A stretch of 64,000 bases of DNA from assembly GCA_951406725.2 (NCBI GenBank), contig OX597819.1:135284001-135348000 (forward strand). The letters run 5' to 3'. A model generated the notes under the pieces. That model was given only the letters and a program-made list of their open reading frames with translations. It ran no database searches and was not told the DNA's origin. Positions 26,451 to 39,269 of this stretch are shown piece by piece (position 1 is the first letter of the stretch; every line of letters begins with the position of its first letter). Source of the DNA: Octopus vulgaris (lineage: Eukaryota). A program made the position numbers and the translations under genes.

Positions 26451-27235
26451 TATGTTAGCTTTCTGTTCTCAGTATCTGTAAACAGAATTTCCTTGTAGAA
26501 GTTAAAGAGGAGCGTTTAATTTTGTTGACGACATGATCATTTTTCTAGGGCTTTTGGAGCAAGATTGTGCCCAAGGCCCTTTTTAAAGTGGTTGATGTTA
26601 GGAAAGGCACATCACCATAGAAAAGCCGGAATGTGTTCCTCATCCAATCAAGGCGGACAGTATTTGTTAATAAGAACTGACATGGATTGGAATCATCCAT
26701 CCAATCGATAGGAGCATAGACATCAGATGATAAACGATGAGGTTCATCAGTGTCTATCTTGGAGAGAGAGAGAGAGAACGGTTGTCTCAACATCAAACCT
26801 AATACTTTTACATGGATAAAGACAATGTTTAGGGGATGTAATGATAAATTTATTATCAGTGAAAACAAAAAGGCAGGGTGTTCACATAAGGAACACATTT
26901 CATTGTAAATCTGTCACATTATGAGAGATATTTGCCTAAATAGCAACAACAGCAATAACCTATCAGTAAACTTAGTAACTACATATTTTAGTCCTCCGTT
27001 TCAAAATACAGTATTAATTCTATTGTCTTCTAAATTATCCATTTTCCGAACCATGCCGTTGGATATTTTGTGCAATTCCATTGATATCAAAATGTCTAAT
27101 AGAATTATTATACAGCTAATATTTCAGATGTAAATTAGGAATGGATCTTGTCCTCAGTCATTCTGATAAACTACAAATGCTCAGGTGATGGTCAAATTTA
27201 TAGAAATCCATGCGGTACTGTTATTTGCTACTCAC

Positions 27236-27283
27236 CAACTGGCTGTGATGTTGTCAAGGCATCCTTCACAGAAGTTGGAGACT
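27236..27283 (-). pseudogene. Duplicated linker exon with mutated acceptor (CAG to CAA)
   Basis: gaaaatattcatttcaa|AGTCTCCA...G|gtgagt, paralogous to the exons at 32031, 29319 and 24660. Confidence 0.55.
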
Positions 27284-29318
27284 TTGAAATGAATATTTTC
27301 AAGTTTTACGTTTTATAGTATAATTTCATTATAGTTATTGATAATCAACACTTTATTATTGTGGGAAGGGCATACAGCTGTAAAAACTAGTTCGTAGGGA
27401 TGTGGTTGTGTACCCATGTAGAAGTTATGCTTACTTTGAGGGTAACAAGGTGTAAAATATCAGATGAGGGTACAAGATAATGCTATGAAACATTCACAAA
27501 GACAAGTTTAAGAAAGTTAATGAATGATAGCTGATTAATTATCATGTTAATGCGGCGTATAAACACTAACTATCAATATAGATTGTATAAAATCTGTGTG
27601 AAGAACATGTGACATTTGTTACAATTAATATGGTTGTTTCTCAGCACAGTTGATATTATGGTAGTTCCATGAGAAACCATAGAAAAATGTAACCATTTCC
27701 AGTACCGAATACTAATGATGAATTCTTTTCTTGGTCAAATAACAATGACCAGGTTCCATGATCTAATTTCAACATATCAATCAAGTCGGAAGTAAAACCA
27801 AAATGTGAAAGACTGAAAACAGTGACTCTCTTACAATTGAAACCATCTCAAAGCCAACAATTGTCAGTATAACGATCTCTATATATGGACAGTAAACGTT
27901 ATTCAAACATCGTAACAAGCGATAATTATATATATAGTTAGAAAAGAGTTGTGAGTTCAAGTCACACTGGAATCTCATACGTTCATTCCTTTCCATGTAT
28001 TGCATATGTTAGCATCAATGTTTTGTTCAAATGTGAACATATGTTCTCTGTTCAATATGAATGTTATCAAAATCACTGAACCAGTTTCCACAATCGATAT
28101 TATTATACTGAGCTAATATGTTATACCAGACAGGAAACTACTGTAACCATCTAAGACAAAGAATTATGATGAGTTACTGGAAGACAGCATCATCATCATC
28201 ATCATCAACATTCAAAGTTTGTTTTCCATGCTGGAATGGGTTGGAAATCTTGACAGGATCTGACAAGCCAGACAACTGCACCAGGCCCCAGATGGTTTAT
28301 TTGGCATGGTTTTCTATGGTAGGATGCTCTTATTGATGCCAACCACCACACAGAGTGTACGTGGCCCCTTTGTGTAAAGCACAAGTACTGGCATATTTAG
28401 CCAAAAGACATGTAAGACAAAGACCCCACAGCCGGGAGAGGGGGTATTGCAAATTTCTCTCCCCGCATCCTGATTCTTTTGTCATCACATTCCCTTCTCA
28501 CCTCCTGAAAACTTCATCAGCTTCAGTGAACCAAAACATCACAGAGTAGTGAGGACCGTCTAATTATATAGAATGTAACACAACTTGATTACTACTTGTG
28601 CTATAATTAAATGCTCCCAGAACACACTAGGAAGTGGTTGTTGGAAACTAGGAAAGTTGACACCACAAGTTTGAAAGGAACGTTTGATATTGTTGGGAAA
28701 TTGATGATCATTTCTAATGCTTGTGCGACAATAAAATATACCCAGGACCCTTTATAAAGTGGTTGGGGTTAGAAAGGGTCTACCACCTTAGAAAAGCTGC
28801 AATGTTTAAGTGAGATGTTTTCCTCAACAAATGACGGTTGGCAGTAATTTCAGATACAACTGACTTGGACAGTGATGACCCACCTAGTGTATGGGAGCAT
28901 GGAGAGCAGATGAGAAAAGATGAAGATGATATCATTTATTGTATTGAAACTTTTAACCAGCATCTTTCTTGAAAAGACGGAGAGAAAGAGCATGAGTGAG
29001 AGAGTGAGAGAGAGAGAATGAATGAGTACAATGAGATGACAAACAGGGTGAATATTCTCCTTAACGGGAGAGAACCGTTTCAGGGTTTATATTTAATTTT
29101 TTTATCTTTCTTTCTGCGAGTGAATGAGTGACTGATGTTTGCATAAAGTACATTTATTGGATATTCGTGTTGTTGTAGAAGAACAGAATTTCTTAATAGC
29201 TAAGCATTCAAATGAAATCTAGCAGTGGAACCTGTTCTCGGTCATTCTATTAACCAAAATTGCTCAGTAAAAGCTAAAATTTATAGAAATCAATTATGTA
29301 ATGTCATTCTATACTCAC

Positions 29319-29369
29319 AACGTGGTTCTTCTACTGTCTGGACCTCTTTGTCTTCAAATATTGGCCTTG
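29319..29369 (-). CDS. Host gene 51-nt linker exon (probably alternative)
   Basis: tttcag|CA...T|gtgagt; ARPIFEDKEVQTVEEPR. Confidence 0.65.
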
Positions 29370-31299
29370 CTGAAATAAATATTTCCAAGATTATACTTTA
29401 TAGTAAAATTACTTTAATGATCATCGATATTTTATAATTGTGAAATATTCCTATAACCAATAGTCAAGATTAACCGTCCCAAATCCCCCCACTCTGTAGG
29501 TAACGAAGGGCTTCTCCCTAAGAGTGGAAAGCAGATTGTATGAAACCTGTGTACAGACAGATGTACAACACAATAATGAAAGATAGGCTGTGAAGATAGA
29601 AGACATGCAAAGGGTCGGAGACAAATGAAGCCAGCATGCTCCACTGGATGTACAACATCAGTGTTCAGGTAAGTCACAGTGGAAATGTCTTAAGAGAAAA
29701 TCTGGGTATAAGAGTCATCCGATGTAGAGTTCAAAAGAGAGATCTTTCATAGTATGGTTATGTGATGCATATGGATGAGGTGATAGGCATAAAGAGATGC
29801 GGATCTCTAAATGTGGAGAGAAGCTGAGGACGAGGAAGACTGAGGAAGACATGGGACAAAGTGGTGAGAAATGATGTTCAGATGCTGAGCTTCACACGGG
29901 AAGATAACTAAAACAACTGAGACAATCAGCAATTTTCTGGGCTTGAAAAGACCCAACTGGCTAAGTGACATCGAGGCCATCAAGGCATGTCCTTTATGTG
30001 CATACCTTCCACCCTGAACACAATCTGTCCCCTAAAAACATCCCCAACAACCTAGAAACCATACACTCTTTCCCCACCATGATCCCTAACAAGGTGTAAA
30101 ACGTTAGGTGAGGGTACACGATGTCCCTATGACAAAATATGTTTACATTTCATACATACAAATGTAAGAGAGTTAATGAATTATAGCTTATTAATTATCT
30201 TGATAATTGGGTATATATGTGATACAATGGCACTGTGCTTGACGGTGCAATACTAGATATCAATATAGATTGTATATAATCTGAGTAAAGAACATATAGC
30301 CTTCATTACTATGAATATGATTGTGTCTCAGCACAGCTAATATTATGGAAGTTCCATGAGCAAACGAAGAAAGATATAACCAAGTCCACTGCCAAATACT
30401 AATGATTAATTCATTTCCTGGTCAAATAACAATGACTATCTTTCATTAAATAATTTGAACGCAACAATCAAGACCAAAGGGTGAAACACTCAGAAAACTG
30501 TGCCTCTTTTAGCATTAATATCATCTAAAATCTAACAAGAGTGAGAAAAAGAATGACTATATGGATGGTAAATGTTGTTCAAACAATGTAATAAGTGTAT
30601 ATTTTATATAGTTACAAACAAGGATTTGCAAGTTCAAGTCACACAGGGAACTCATATTTAATTCCTATCTTTATATTTTATGTCAACACCAATGTTTTGT
30701 TTAAATGCTAACAGATGTTCAGCGTTCAATACTAAATTTAATATTTAATCAACGTTAATGATCATTATACTTATACTCTTAGAGATTTGATTTTTAATTT
30801 CTTTAATTTATAACAAAGTTATTCTGACCTGAGACATTCAGGGTACGTACCTAAACAACATCATGACAGACATCTGGCTACATAACAACAACAACAACAA
30901 TAACCTATCAGAAAACTTACGAAAGACCTTAGTAGTAAAAGAAACAAAATCTTTCTCGTTAACTCACCTGTTTACAAATAAACAACAAAATATTTTAGTT
31001 CTCTGTCCTAAAAGACATCATTAACTCTATTATGTCTTCTTATTTAACCATTTTACCAACCACGTTAACCTTGATTTTATGAAATTTCAGTGGAATATTT
31101 AATAGAATCCTTTTACAGCTAATGCGGAAACTAGGGATTGACGAGCGATTATAAGAGTTGAAGAGGTCCTGTAGTAAGGTGAGGATCGGCAATGAGTATA
31201 GTGAAGAATTCCGGATAGAAGTAGGAGTTCACTAGGGATCATTCCTGAACCCCTCGTTTTCATCATAGTCCACCAGGCAATAACAGAAATGACAAATCA

Positions 31300-31741
31300 A
31301 AAGCAATTCAAGATCGAAATCAAAATGGAAATTGTAGTTGTGACCGATGCCAGTGCTGCCTGACTGGCACCTGTTCCTGTGTCACGTTATAAGTACCATA
31401 GAAGCATAGGTCCTTGTCACTGCCGCCTGAATGGTTCCCTGTGCCGGTGGCACGTAAAAAGCACCATCCGAACGTGGTCGATGCCAGTCCCCAACCTGAC
31501 TAGCTCCTGTGTCGGTGGCACGTAAAAAGCACCATCCGAACGTGGTCAATGCCAGCCCCCACTTCAACTGGCTGCTGTGCCGGTGGCACGTAAAAGCAGC
31601 CACCACACTCTCGGAGTGGTTGGCGTTAGGAATGACATACATATGTGGAAACCTTGCCAGATCACATTGGAGCCTGGCGCAGCCTACTGCCTTGCCTGTG
31701 AAATCGTCCGACCCATGCTACTATAAAAACGGACGTTAAAC

Positions 31742-31778
<37 letters not shown>
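31300..31778 (+). mobile_element. SINE, same family as 21120-21613
   Basis: ggcacgtaaaaagcacc repeats and (GAT)n tail. Confidence 0.7.
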
Positions 31779-31779
<1 letters not shown>

Positions 31780-32030
31780 GTTCCGTGACCAAATGACAAG
31801 ATTAACTCTATTGTGTCTTCTAATTTGAACATTATTACTAACAGCATTAACCTCAATGAGTATTTCATAAACTCTCAGTAAATCGAAATCTTTAATTCAA
31901 TTATTATACAGATAATCGTTCAATTGGAAAATAAGAATGGAAGCTGTTTTCAGTTATTCTTTCAAGCACAATATACTCGGGGGAAGTAAACCTTACAGAA
32001 ATCAATTGGGAACTATTATTTTATACTCAC

Positions 32031-32108
32031 CAATTGCCTGAGATGCAGCCCCTAATTCCTGACATGTAGCCTCTGTTTGTACACACCTGTCCTCAAACTT
32101 TGGAGACT
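32031..32108 (-). CDS. Host gene 78-nt linker exon
   Basis: tttcag|AG...G|gtgagt; ESPKFEDRCVQTEATCQELGAASQAI. Confidence 0.75.
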
Positions 32109-33683
32109 CTGAAATAAATATTTCCATGTTTTAGAATTAATAATAAACTTTCTTTATCTTTATTTTTATTAAACTCTATCTTGTTATTGTGAGACATTCA
32201 ATTCCTGTCGTTACTGGACAACTGTTGACCATTTTGGTTTTGGTCAATATTTCTGTACTTTCTACAGTGGTCCCATGTAATAGCTCAATATGTCCACAAT
32301 AACACAGACTAACAGTCCTAAATCCACCCTCTTTCTCTCTCTCTCTCTCTTTCACTCTGTCTGGCTATCTGTCTGTCTGTCTCTCTCTCTCTCTAAAAAC
32401 ATTAAATATTATAAAAATGTTGCAATTATCTCATTTCATTAACACTTGATAAGAGTTTTCTCTTAGCTTTGTCTTTCTCTTCTTATAACTGTGCCAAACC
32501 TATGGCATGGCACAGTCCTCTCATCACTAGAATTCACTAATCAACATTCCTCTCCAATAAAGTGAAACTGAGCCCATAAGGACATGTCCTTTATGTGTAT
32601 ACCCGCCACACCGCACACAATATGTCCCCTAAAAAACATCTCCACAAGCCAAATTCCATACACCCTTCCCCGACATGATCCCTAACAAGGTGTAAAATGT
32701 TAGGTGAGGGTACACGATGTTCCTATGACAAAATATGTTTACATTTCATACATACAAATGTAAGAGAGTTAATGAATTATAGCTTATTAATTATCATGAT
32801 AATTGGGTATATATGTGATACAATGACACTGTGCTTGACGGTGCAATACTAGATATCAATATAGATTGTATATAATCTGAGTAAAGAACATATAGCCTTC
32901 ATTACTATGAATATGGTTGTGTCTCAGCACATCTAATATTATGGTAGTTCCATGAGCAAACGAAGAAAGATATAACCAAGTTCACTGCCAAATTCTAATG
33001 ATTAATTCATTTCCTGGTCAAATAACAATGACTATCTTTCATTAAATAATTTGAACGCAACAATCAAGACCAAAGGGTGAAACACTCAGAAAACTGTGCC
33101 TCTTTTAGCATTAATATCATCTAAAATCTAACAAGTGTGAGAAAAAGAATGACTATATGGATGGTAAATGTTGTTCAAACAATGTAATAAGTGTATATTA
33201 TATATAGTTACAAACAATGATTTGTGAGATCAAGTCACACAGGGAACTCATATTTAATTCCTATCTTTATATTTTATGTCAACACCAATGTTTTGTTTAA
33301 ATGTAAACAGATGTTCACCGTTCAATACTAAATTTAATATTTAATCAACGTTAATGATCATTATACTTATAATCTTAGAGATTTGATTTTTAATCTTGTT
33401 AATTTCTTATAATTCAGGGTACGTACCTAAAGAGACATTCAGGATACGTACCTAAACAGCATATCATGACAGACATCTTGAAGTGTGACATCTTAAAATT
33501 AGGTAAAGGCAATATTTAGTGGATGTAGTGATAGATATACTGTCACAAAGAAAAGACCCCAGGAACACCTATCATAAATCTGTCACATTATGACACACCT
33601 GGGTCTACACGAAAGCTTGAAGCACATTATTCCACACAATAAGGTCAACAAGACAACAAACAGAGCCCCAAAGATTATCTTAC

Positions 33684-33826
33684 CAAATTCACTTTTGCTG
33701 AGTGTGTATTCTCGACACATGGGGCATCTCTTAAATGTCATTTCAGAAGAACAATTCTCGCAGAAAACAATATCTCCACATGGTTGCAGTGTCACAGTGG
33801 CCATGTTCTCTTGACACCAGCGACAT
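33684..33826 (-). CDS. Host gene RING-finger exon (MIB/IAP-type RING-HC)
   Basis: ccatag|A...G|gtaag; CRWC-x11-CGD-x3-CENC-x8-CPMCR. Confidence 0.85.
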
Positions 33827-34168
33827 CTATGGAACAAAATATAAACAGATTTCATCAATAACATTTATGTATATCAATTTTTACATGGTATACATGTTTA
33901 CAGCACAAAATATTATGAAACTCTGCAGTGACCTCCATGAGTGTCTCACAATTTCTATTTTAAAGAACCACGTTCGGACAGATTTATGTGTGTATAAGTG
34001 CTACGCAGACACACACACGTATATATTTATGCAGATTTTGTTGAATATACGTCTTGACTCTGATATATTACAAAAGCAGTACACCACATATATTCCAAAA
34101 CCATACTTCACTTCTAGACTCCATTTCTGCTGAACAAAATTATATATGTACACAACTTTGTGTCTATA

Positions 34169-34978
34169 TACGATGTCTGATCAATAAGTATCAGGATTGT
34201 TACTATAGTAACGAAGCAAAAAAACGCAGAGTGAAGCCGCTTGACAAAGATTGATCTCAACCTGTGCTGTACATGCGCACTACTTTTTTATGTTCTAGCT
34301 CATATCCGCTGTTTACAGCAGTGCTTGGAAGCCTACGTAAAGTTGCAGAAAGTGTATGGAGGGGAGTGTATGAGCCACACACATGTAAGAGTGGTTCAGA
34401 CATTTCAAATATGGCCGAAAATGTCGATATTGACGAACATTCTGGGAAATCTGCAACGAGCAGAACTGAGAAAAAACATTGCTGATGTGCGTACAGTTGT
34501 GTGGGTAAACCGTCGAATTACCATCCTTGAATTATCAGAGGATGTGCAGGTTAGTTACAGTTCGGTCCATTACCACTGAAGATTTGGGTACGAGATGTGT
34601 GTCTGCCAAAACGGCTTTCAGATGACCAAAAGGATACACGGGTTTCAGTTGCACAAGATGTCCTTGATTGTGTCAGGGACGATAAAAACTTATTGAAAAC
34701 TTTCTATGGCCCTCTGAGCAAGAATCGTCAAACTTTTGACAAAATTTGATGCAGATTCTCTGCTCAACTTTCTATATCATAATCAATGTGACGATCATAC
34801 GCTACACACCTTCCTTCCAAGCACTGCTGTAAACAGTGGAATTGCGCTAGAAAGTCAAAAACTTAGCGTGCATGCACAACAGAGATAAAGGTCAATCTGT
34901 GCCAAGCAACTTCACTCTGTGTACTTTAGCTTTGTTACTATGGCAACAGTCTGGATACATATTGAAAAGATCATGTAC
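34169..34978 (+). mobile_element. Internally deleted mariner-like DNA transposon with about 165-bp TIRs
   Basis: TA-flanked inverted ends (gctgtttacagcagtgcttggaag / cttccaagcactgctgtaaacag); HTH remnant LQKVYG..EWF..DEHSG..NRRITILELSEDV. Confidence 0.75.
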
Positions 34979-36309
34979 AACCATTAATATATGTATATAT
35001 AAAACACTTCATTGTATCTAATCTGTTTCACAAGTCCTCTATATTTAGACATCTGGTTTTGAATTTTATGTGTGGAGAGACGGGCCACCTTTGCTATAGC
35101 TTCATATATACGAGATCCGTATAACTAAACAAGTCACTGTTCTAAAATAGAAGAATGCTTTGAGAATACAATACAATGTATATGTACAAAACTGGAGAAC
35201 ATTTTAAAAACAGATGAGTTCACTGCAATAAATGCAATGTTTCTATGCACCATTAACTTCAGGCCAATCAAAGATGCATTATGGTTGTATGATCCCCACG
35301 GGGGCTGCCCCGTGTGTCTTCCCCCATCATTGCAGTCGAACAAAATCTGGCCATCCACAGAAAAATTCTGGACATTTGTTGTGACGGATATTAAAAGCAA
35401 AGTTCCTTACATAATCCTACATTAAGGGACCATATAAGAAAACATCAGGTAAAAATCTACCCCTAGTTATAGCTAAATCCAGGGACATTGAGAAATAAAC
35501 CACTGATTCTGCCACACATGATGTAATTGTTATTGGTGTATCTAAAGAAATCATTGATCTACAAACATGTTTTGACAAATTGTCCACTTCAAATTTATTT
35601 CTCCCCAAAATTTTATCTGCCTAAATTGATTGTACCAAAACCTAGATTTTGCAGATTTACCTTCTACTGAGGCATAGCATACTGTTTAGTCTCCGGTAAT
35701 CTTTCCTTTTTAATGTTTATAATAACGACACACATTTTACCTATTTCGGTATTGATACCATTTTTGACAATCTTAATTATATTTTTTGTACAACATAGCA
35801 ATATTGTTTATAAACAATCACACATAATAAAATTTCGTCTGCATTAACATCTTTGGTTTCTTTGCGCCTTGCCCCTTTAACTGGTAATCAACATCATGAT
35901 TTAAAGTCTTACACTACTAAGCCTCTTTTTATGGACACCTACTTTATATCCAATTGACTACCCCTAATGTCTTCTTTCTGCCTAGAGGAAAGGGAATACA
36001 TACGACAACATTTATGACCATACCTAGCCATGAGCTGTCAACTCATTCTTGTCCTTTATTCAAAACAGGACACTGTCTTCTGGTCTTAGATTTAGTAGTT
36101 GATAAAGAAATAAATGAAATTAGAAATGAATTACAATCCTTTACAACACTATCACCCCAATAGGCTTCATGCGATTCTTGGAAGTGTAGTTTTTTTTCTT
36201 AACTACAATATCGATAACATTAATTTCTTCCATCTTCTTACTCTGTTAAAATAGTTTAGAAACATTACAGTAATGTGTCCGAATGGTTAAAATTCTATTC
36301 ATTTATTTC

Positions 36310-36395
36310 TACAGCTAAAGATGGCACTGCATTTAAATTGATGTATTGATTGCATTGTTCAATTGAATGGAGGCGCTTGAAACGGTCGTATTGTA
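36310..36395 (+). ncRNA. Hammerhead relic with G5A core mutation
   Basis: tacag-CTAAAGA-...-GAAA-cggtcg-TA-ttgta; paralog of 37934-38019. Confidence 0.6.
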
Positions 36396-36452
36396 TCACG
36401 ACTTGATATCCTGTTGCTTAATTTGATTATATATATATATATATATGAAGAT

Positions 36453-36770
36453 GTAAGGCTCAGTGGTTAGAACATCAGGCTCACACTCATGAGGTAGGGA
36501 GTTCGATTTTGTGCTTGAGCAAGACACAATATTTCCATGTTTTTCCAGTTCAATATGCTTTAGAAGTGAGTTCTGATGCCACTGGTGACAAGCTGTATCG
36601 GCCCTTGCCTTTCTCTTAGATGACATTGGTGGCGTGGAGTATGGAGTGTGGCATACATAGGCCACTTTTGGTCTTCCATAAAAAAATTACCCGGGCTCGT
36701 GCCTCGGAGAGTAACATCTAACATCCTGGGTGCTATCCGATGATCATTCATGACCGAATGATTTCTTTAC
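36453..36770 (+). mobile_element. tRNA-derived SINE
   Basis: A-box ggctcagtgg, B-box gagttcgatt, cttgagcaagacac core. Confidence 0.6.
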
Positions 36771-36771
36771 C

Positions 36772-36839
<68 letters not shown>

Positions 36840-36849
36840 TCAGGGTGAA

Positions 36850-37656
36850 TCTCTCTATATATAAACGGTAGTTTGTCTGTCTGTGTGTCTGTGTGTCTGT
36901 CAGGTTGTACCCTCACCCTGACCACGGCTTTCAACCGATTCTGATGAAACTTGACACACACATAGCCCAATGTCATAATTCAAAACTAACGCAGGGAAAA
37001 TTTTGAAAAGTTCCCCCAGTTCTGAAAAAAAATCGATAAATTCGACAAGGGTCGAGAATCTAAGCTTTTTATATGCAACACATTTTCTACAGACTGTCTA
37101 GGGGACGCAACTCTACTTTTTTAACTCTCGGAACACGTGGGGTAAGTATCCCAAAATGTATAAAAATGTACAAAAACGGCAAAAAAGCGGGCAGCAATGT
37201 GAGTGACAACAACGAAAAAGTCAAAAGTGACCAAACTGAACAAACGAATGGAAAAGGTTTTTTTGGTGCACACGACAAAAGTGGTTTATAATAAACCAAG
37301 AGTTTGCAAGTAGCGTCCGAGGACCCTTAGGGTACGTCAAAAATTTAAGGTAAAACGATTAGGGTGGTAGTTATAAAGAAAGTGTAAACAAAAAAGTATT
37401 CGAATAACTTGCGGCTGCAGCAGCTATTAGCAGAAGTGGCGGTGTTGGGGGTAAAGTCTCGAATGTAATTTCTTCCTGGTAGGAATTGGTTGGGTTGAAT
37501 TATCGATAGCTGTTTGATAGTTATTTGGGAGTGAAGAGAAGACATTGCAACCTACACATGTGCCTTCGTTCCCTAGAGGGAAAGGACTAGATTGGGATTA
37601 GTCGTTGCCTACTAGGGGCTCTTACATACCCGGGCAACGCCGGGCTATGCTACTAG
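36850..37656 (+). mobile_element. Non-autonomous Helitron
   Basis: A|TC 5' start, subterminal hairpin cccgggcaacgccggg, CTAG|T 3' end, no TSD. Confidence 0.75.
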
Positions 37657-37747
37657 TACTTGATAAATGTAAGCACCTGTATATGCCAGCTAGTGGTATA
37701 GGTGATAGGATATATGTATCAAAAGAAAAACAGGACGCAAAGGATTT

Positions 37748-37836
37748 TGCGGTACATATGTTTCGGGCTTTATTGAACAACTTATATCAATGCATAATTG
37801 ATATAACAGGTAGATCAAAAGCCTTCTTCAGCTGCA
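37748..37836 (-). ncRNA. Type I hammerhead ribozyme with long stem II, sense to the host intron
   Basis: tgcag-CTGAAGA-aggcttt...aaagccc-GAAA-catatg-TA-ccgca. Confidence 0.72.
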
Positions 37837-37933
37837 CAAACTAAGTGGAGTTTTTTAATAAATGGACACATAAACATGATTTTTAAAAATAACATTAATG
37901 TAGCCTACTTGTTAAAAAATACTATTTATTTTG

Positions 37934-38019
37934 TGCAGCTGAAGATAGCACTGCGTTTAAATTGATGTAATAATTGCATTTTTCAAGTCAATGGACTCGC
38001 TTGAAATGGTCGTACTGCA
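37934..38019 (+). ncRNA. Type I hammerhead ribozyme with long stem II
   Basis: tgcag-CTGAAGA-tagc...gctt-GAAA-tggtcg-TA-ctgca. Confidence 0.72.
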
Positions 38020-38120
38020 TCATTATTTGATATCCTGCTGCATATTTTGACTTTATTCACCTTACTTCGATCCGCGCGGATTATAACGGACTGACTTGGT
38101 GCTTCAACTTAAGAACTCAA

Positions 38121-38155
<35 letters not shown>

Positions 38156-38159
<4 letters not shown>

Positions 38160-39204
38160 ACGGGGGACCACCGAACGAAAGTTGTTACGGAATGCCTCAC
38201 ACAGGCCCGATCGGAAACTCGGAGAGGAGAGAGAGACGACAGCTACAACAACAGCCGCAAGAAGAGACACAGAGGCAATCGAGAGAGAGACAAAGAAAAC
38301 AATTGGCCTACATTTAACGTACTAGTTTATAACACTTTATAATTGTTACAACATCAAATACATATCAGATACATCAAAGAGAAAATACATGCAAGTAACA
38401 ACACATCAAATGCAATAACAACAGCATTTAAAGAGTACACGTCGAATTAAACAACAAGTCAATACATCATACAGTCCGGAGACAACAGTTCTGTTTCAAA
38501 TCACATTAACGTTACAGTTCAAAGGACATTAAAGGCATATACAGATCAATGTTCCTTAAAGACTACAACAGAGTCTCTCTCTTGCTTTAACAGTTCTGTA
38601 ACACATATCAACACAGTTCACATTGTTCTTTTTACTGTCTCATTTCTTTTCCAGCCTTTATAACACATCGACAAGTCCCTTACTCAATTCACATATCAAT
38701 ACAACAATTCACGTACCGTTACATTAGCCAATGTCTCACATTGTAGTTCATCTCTCTTAGCACTGCTAAATCCAACTGCCAACCGCTAAATCCAACCGCC
38801 AACCGCTTAATCCAACTGCCAACCGCTTGCCTTGAATACCAAATCTTCACTGCTAAATCCAACTGCCAACTGCTCGCCTTGACTCCCAAATACCGACTGA
38901 TTTGTCACTACCCCAATCTCTCTGTCGCAATTTCCCTCTCTTTAGCTCTGCAATACTCTCTGCCTGTCTTCCTCAGCCCCTCATCCTCTCACTCTACTGT
39001 CATCTCTCATGACAAGCTCCCAGATTCCTTAATCTGTCTTCCTCAGCCCCTCATCCTCTCTCACTGTCTCTCACAAACTGAACTCTAATTCACCTGACAG
39101 GGTCGGGGAGTTTCCCCAGAGCTAATTAATCAACCCGCATCTGGCAGAACAATGGATTCATCCCCAAAGTAGGTCGCCGGCTCTGTCCTTAAGCTGAACC
39201 ACAA

Positions 39205-39206
<2 letters not shown>
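38156..39206. mobile_element. Possible solo LTR inserted in (TA)n
   Basis: TGTT...AACA termini, internal 20-bp repeats (ctaaatccaactgccaaccg), no coding capacity. Confidence 0.4.

Positions 39207-39262
<56 letters not shown>

Positions 39263-39269
<7 letters not shown>

Larger units (their letters stand above)
29985..33470. repeat. Local segmental duplication: 29985-30860 and 32578-33470 (older paralog 27440-28080)
   Basis: Long near-identical blocks, e.g. catgatccctaacaaggtgtaaaa...agagatttgatttttaat. Confidence 0.85.
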
